Positions 61,376 to 64,000 of a stretch of DNA of 64,000 nucleotides are shown here, piece by piece (position 1 is the stretch's first letter; each line of letters begins with the position of its first letter). The DNA comes from Balanoglossus misakiensis. Taxonomy: Eukaryota > Animalia > Hemichordata. Both the position numbers and the translations under genes were made by a program. The notes beneath the pieces are model-generated. The model saw nothing but the letters and a program-made list of their open reading frames with translations, was not told the DNA's origin and ran no database searches. The DNA lies in NCBI GenBank assembly GCA_040954595.2, contig CM082580.2, positions 4,640,783-4,704,782 on the forward strand, written 5' to 3'.

Positions 61376-63952
61376 ACATTACCTGGGTCTCTTTTCTGGA
61401 TCTTTCACCAGTACGGCTTCAACTAATTCTCTCATGTCGTCTGAATATGTTTCAGGAACATTCTGCAATGACAAATGCAATGTGGATATAACTTAGTCTT
61501 TGGGCAAGTGGGCAAAATAATGGATTTTTACCACAAATTGTGTATAGTACAGAACAGAAATCACTTTTCATATTCTACTGACTGTTCACTTTTTCCTCAA
61601 TGTCATGCCATGGAACTATATGTTGACATACTGTAGATAAATCATTTTTTATCACGACAAGCTAACATCTACCGTGGATGATTCGGTTTAATCTACTGCA
61701 GATATCTTTTTCTGCATCATAAACGACTGGAAATATTTCCAGCAAGTTGGTCAAACTCTGGGTTATATCAGTACAGTTTTAAATCCTATCGTATCTGCAC
61801 TCTATCATTCACACAAATAGATACAAACTTGAATCTCACACCGTGACAATAAACTTACTGCATGTTCACATTTCACAATCTTGTAAAATAAGCTGATTAA
61901 GTTATTGGCATCAAACGCTGGTTGGAGTCCACACATTTCATATAGCAGACATCCCAATGCCTGCAAAATTAATTTGAAAAATTAAATTGGATGTTCTCAG
62001 AGTTTCAACTGTAATACATGGTGTGTGCAATATTGAACACCTATTGCCTGGCCATGAGGGCCATAGCGGCCGTTTATTACCCACGAGGGGCTGTGAGTTA
62101 CCAGAATCATATGCTATTTCCCGAGGCCGTAGGCCGAGGGAAATAGCATATGTTTCTGGTAACTCACAGCCACGAGGGGGTAAAAACGGCTGCTATGGCC
62201 CGAATATAGGCCAGGCTATAGGTGTTTTATAATAAACCTCATGCTAACAGTTTGGAAAATCATGGAATTTTCTCTTGAGGTTGGCAGATGACATCTTCAG
62301 CGGTGGCCATTGTGTCAGACGACGCAACGCTGATTGACGTGACCACGTTGGTCACGTGACCGGTTTATATTTTTTCTGCTATTTCCCCGGGGGTTCATAG
62401 TCGATTCTATTTTCTTATCACATGACGGATTCTGGCGAATCACGACACAGTATTAGCATGAGGTATATTATACCTCATGCTAATACTGTGTCACATGAAA
62501 GGAAAATTACAGAATCGACTATGAGGGAAATAGCAGAAAAAATATAAACCGGTCACGTGACCAACATGAGTTCACAGACTCGGGTCATGTCAATCAGTGT
62601 CGCGTCGTCTGACACAATGGCCACCGCTGAAGATGTCGTCTGCCAACCTCAAGAGAAAATTGCAAGATTTTCCCAACTGTTAGCATGAGGTTTATATAAA
62701 ACACCTATGGCCTGGCCTGTATTCGGGCCATAGCAGCTGTTTTTACCCCCTCATGACTGTGAGTTACCAGAATCATATGCTATGCAAAATATGGGAAAAG
62801 GTTTTTAAGATTTTCAATGCAATTTGGTAATTTATGAATAACTTTATGAACAAGACATACACAATAACAACATACACCTACCCAAATATCTGACTTGTTA
62901 TTGTAGGGAATATCCTGACACAACTCAGGACTAAGATAGCAGGGTGTTCCCACACATGTACTGGCTTTATCTATGGTATAATCTAGTGTCCTGGCTATTC
63001 CAAAATCACCTGCAAAGAAACACATAAATGAGGGGTTTTTTTTAAAGGACAAAGTCTCTCTCTCGCTGCCCTTTTCCCATTAATTATGTTTGATAAAAGA
63101 CACGGTTTATGTTATTCTACATGTGGATATATAGCGAATAAACGTTCAGCCACACACACAACTTCTATCCCGCTTGTAGGATGGGAGAGTAAAAAAATCG
63201 CCAAAATGAATACATGGGGATGAAAGTTGTGTGTGGTCAAAAGTTGATTCACTATATATCCACATGTAGAATAACATAAACATGTCTTGTATCAAACATA
63301 ATTAATGGAAAAGGGCAGCGAGAGAGAAACTTAGTACCTTTAATGGCTGTAGAAAGTGAGATAGTCCGTTCAAATATATTCCCTATGTTTTTCATCAAAC
63401 AGCACTTCCCACTTCTGTCTTTTATTGCATAACATGTCTGCGGTCACGATTTATAGAACACATCTTTTCCAGAATTATTTCCGATACAAATCTTAATCCC
63501 AAAAAACATCACAGAGAGGAATAATATACTTGGAAACCTACCTAACTTGATAACTTCTTTCTTTGTAAGGAAGACATTTTGGGCTTTGAGATCTCTGTAA
63601 AATAGTTAATATTTTGGTTATGAAAAATAATGCTCATGATACATTTGTACATACACTGGAACCTTCAAACAAATTTATATCTGAAGATTTGAAGCATTTT
63701 ATCAGAAAGAATGCAAGACAGAAATCAGAGAGCATAAATGTACTGATGAGTAAATGTTCATTTATTATTTTCCTTATCACACTTTATGTTGTAAAACATG
63801 ATCACGTCCGTCTAATTTTAAAATATCTACCAGTATTTTCAAATGTAGACTGATCAAACTTCAGAAACAAAACACTCTAGAGAAAAAGAAATGACACAGA
63901 CATACCTATGAAGCACTTTCTTGGTATGGATATACTGTACTGCCATGGCTAT
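56822..63952 (-). CDS. NIMA-related serine/threonine kinase (NEK family); 5' part lies outside the window
   Basis: Exons 63952-63906 ([10 protein letters not shown]), 63594-63542 (DLKAQNVFL), 63009-62882 (DFGIAR...GTPCYLSPE...YNNKSDIW), 61960-61859, 61462-61383 (DPEKRPS), 61107-60985, 60628-60492, 59818-59708, 59225-59038, 58366-58239, 57948-57865, 56906-56822; all phases consistent. Confidence 0.9.
56968..57272. mobile_element. AGGGACAAAG foldback MITE, one end truncated
   Basis: Family sequence ending GTCCCT-TTAA. Confidence 0.8.
57637..57846. mobile_element. MITE with TA ends
   Basis: TACTGTAAAACGGGTTATTTTCG ... CGAAAATAACCCGTTTTACAGTA perfect inverted termini. Confidence 0.8.
58625..58971. 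mobile_element. AGGGACAAAG foldback MITE
   Basis: TTAA-AGGGACAAAGTCTCTC ... GAGAGACTTTGTCCCT-TTAA. Confidence 0.88.
59918..60453. mobile_element. Partial AGGGACAAAG MITE carrying a nested piggyBac-like MITE
   Basis: The host motif acataaTTAAtggaaaa is split at its TTAA. Confidence 0.8.
60109..60414. mobile_element. piggyBac-like MITE (306 bp)
   Basis: TTAA-CCCTAATGCTAC ... GTAGCGTTAGGG-TTAA. Confidence 0.8.
60863..60976. mobile_element. 114-bp palindromic MITE with 9-bp TSD
   Basis: GGTCTTACC-CAATCTGATTAAAATCAGATGTAGGGAACG ... CGTTCCCTACATCTGATTTTAATCAGATTG-GGTCTTACC. Confidence 0.85.
61321..61375. repeat. (GTT)n microsatellite
   Basis: Direct reading. Confidence 0.95.
62036..62783. mobile_element. 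Compound palindromic element in a NEK intron
   Basis: One hairpin centred on cccgaggccgtaggccgaggg (~62130), plus a larger mirror centred on atgaggtatattatacctcat (~62468). Confidence 0.8.
63046..63339. mobile_element. AGGGACAAAG foldback MITE, internally deleted
   Basis: TTAA-AGGACAAAGTCTCTC ... GAGAAACTTAGTACCT-TTAA. Confidence 0.8.
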
Positions 63953-64000
63953 CTGTATAAACCACTGCATAACTTTACTCTCCTCTATGTAATTATTCTT

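Overview
AT-rich, intron-containing animal genomic DNA, not prokaryotic. It has spliceosomal GT/GC-AG introns, microsatellites and many MITEs; gene content suggests a marine invertebrate deuterostome such as a hemichordate (inference). I assembled exons by hand and checked every junction for reading-frame phase. Genes, left to right: (1) a 3'-truncated membrane protein gene (-); (2) a bacterial-type ATP-grasp ligase (-) head-to-head with (3) four tandem HlmA/YitH-like GNAT acyltransferase paralogs (+), two with short N-termini and two with mitochondrial-presequence-like first exons; (4) nested antisense inside that array, a 15-exon proteinase K-like S8 protease fused to three C-type lectin domains; (5) a creatinase-family gene (-) with a presequence and two substituted active-site residues (H324Y and E358V equivalents); (6) a small secreted PAN/apple protein (+); (7) a type II membrane EGF + C-type lectin protein (+); (8) the 3' part of a NIMA-related kinase (-). 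The best candidate for an undescribed system is the ~36 kb block of bacterial-like small-molecule enzymes (ATP-grasp ligase, 4 acyltransferases, altered creatinase), which may be an animal biosynthetic or metabolic gene cluster. No database searches were run; family calls rest on recognised motifs.
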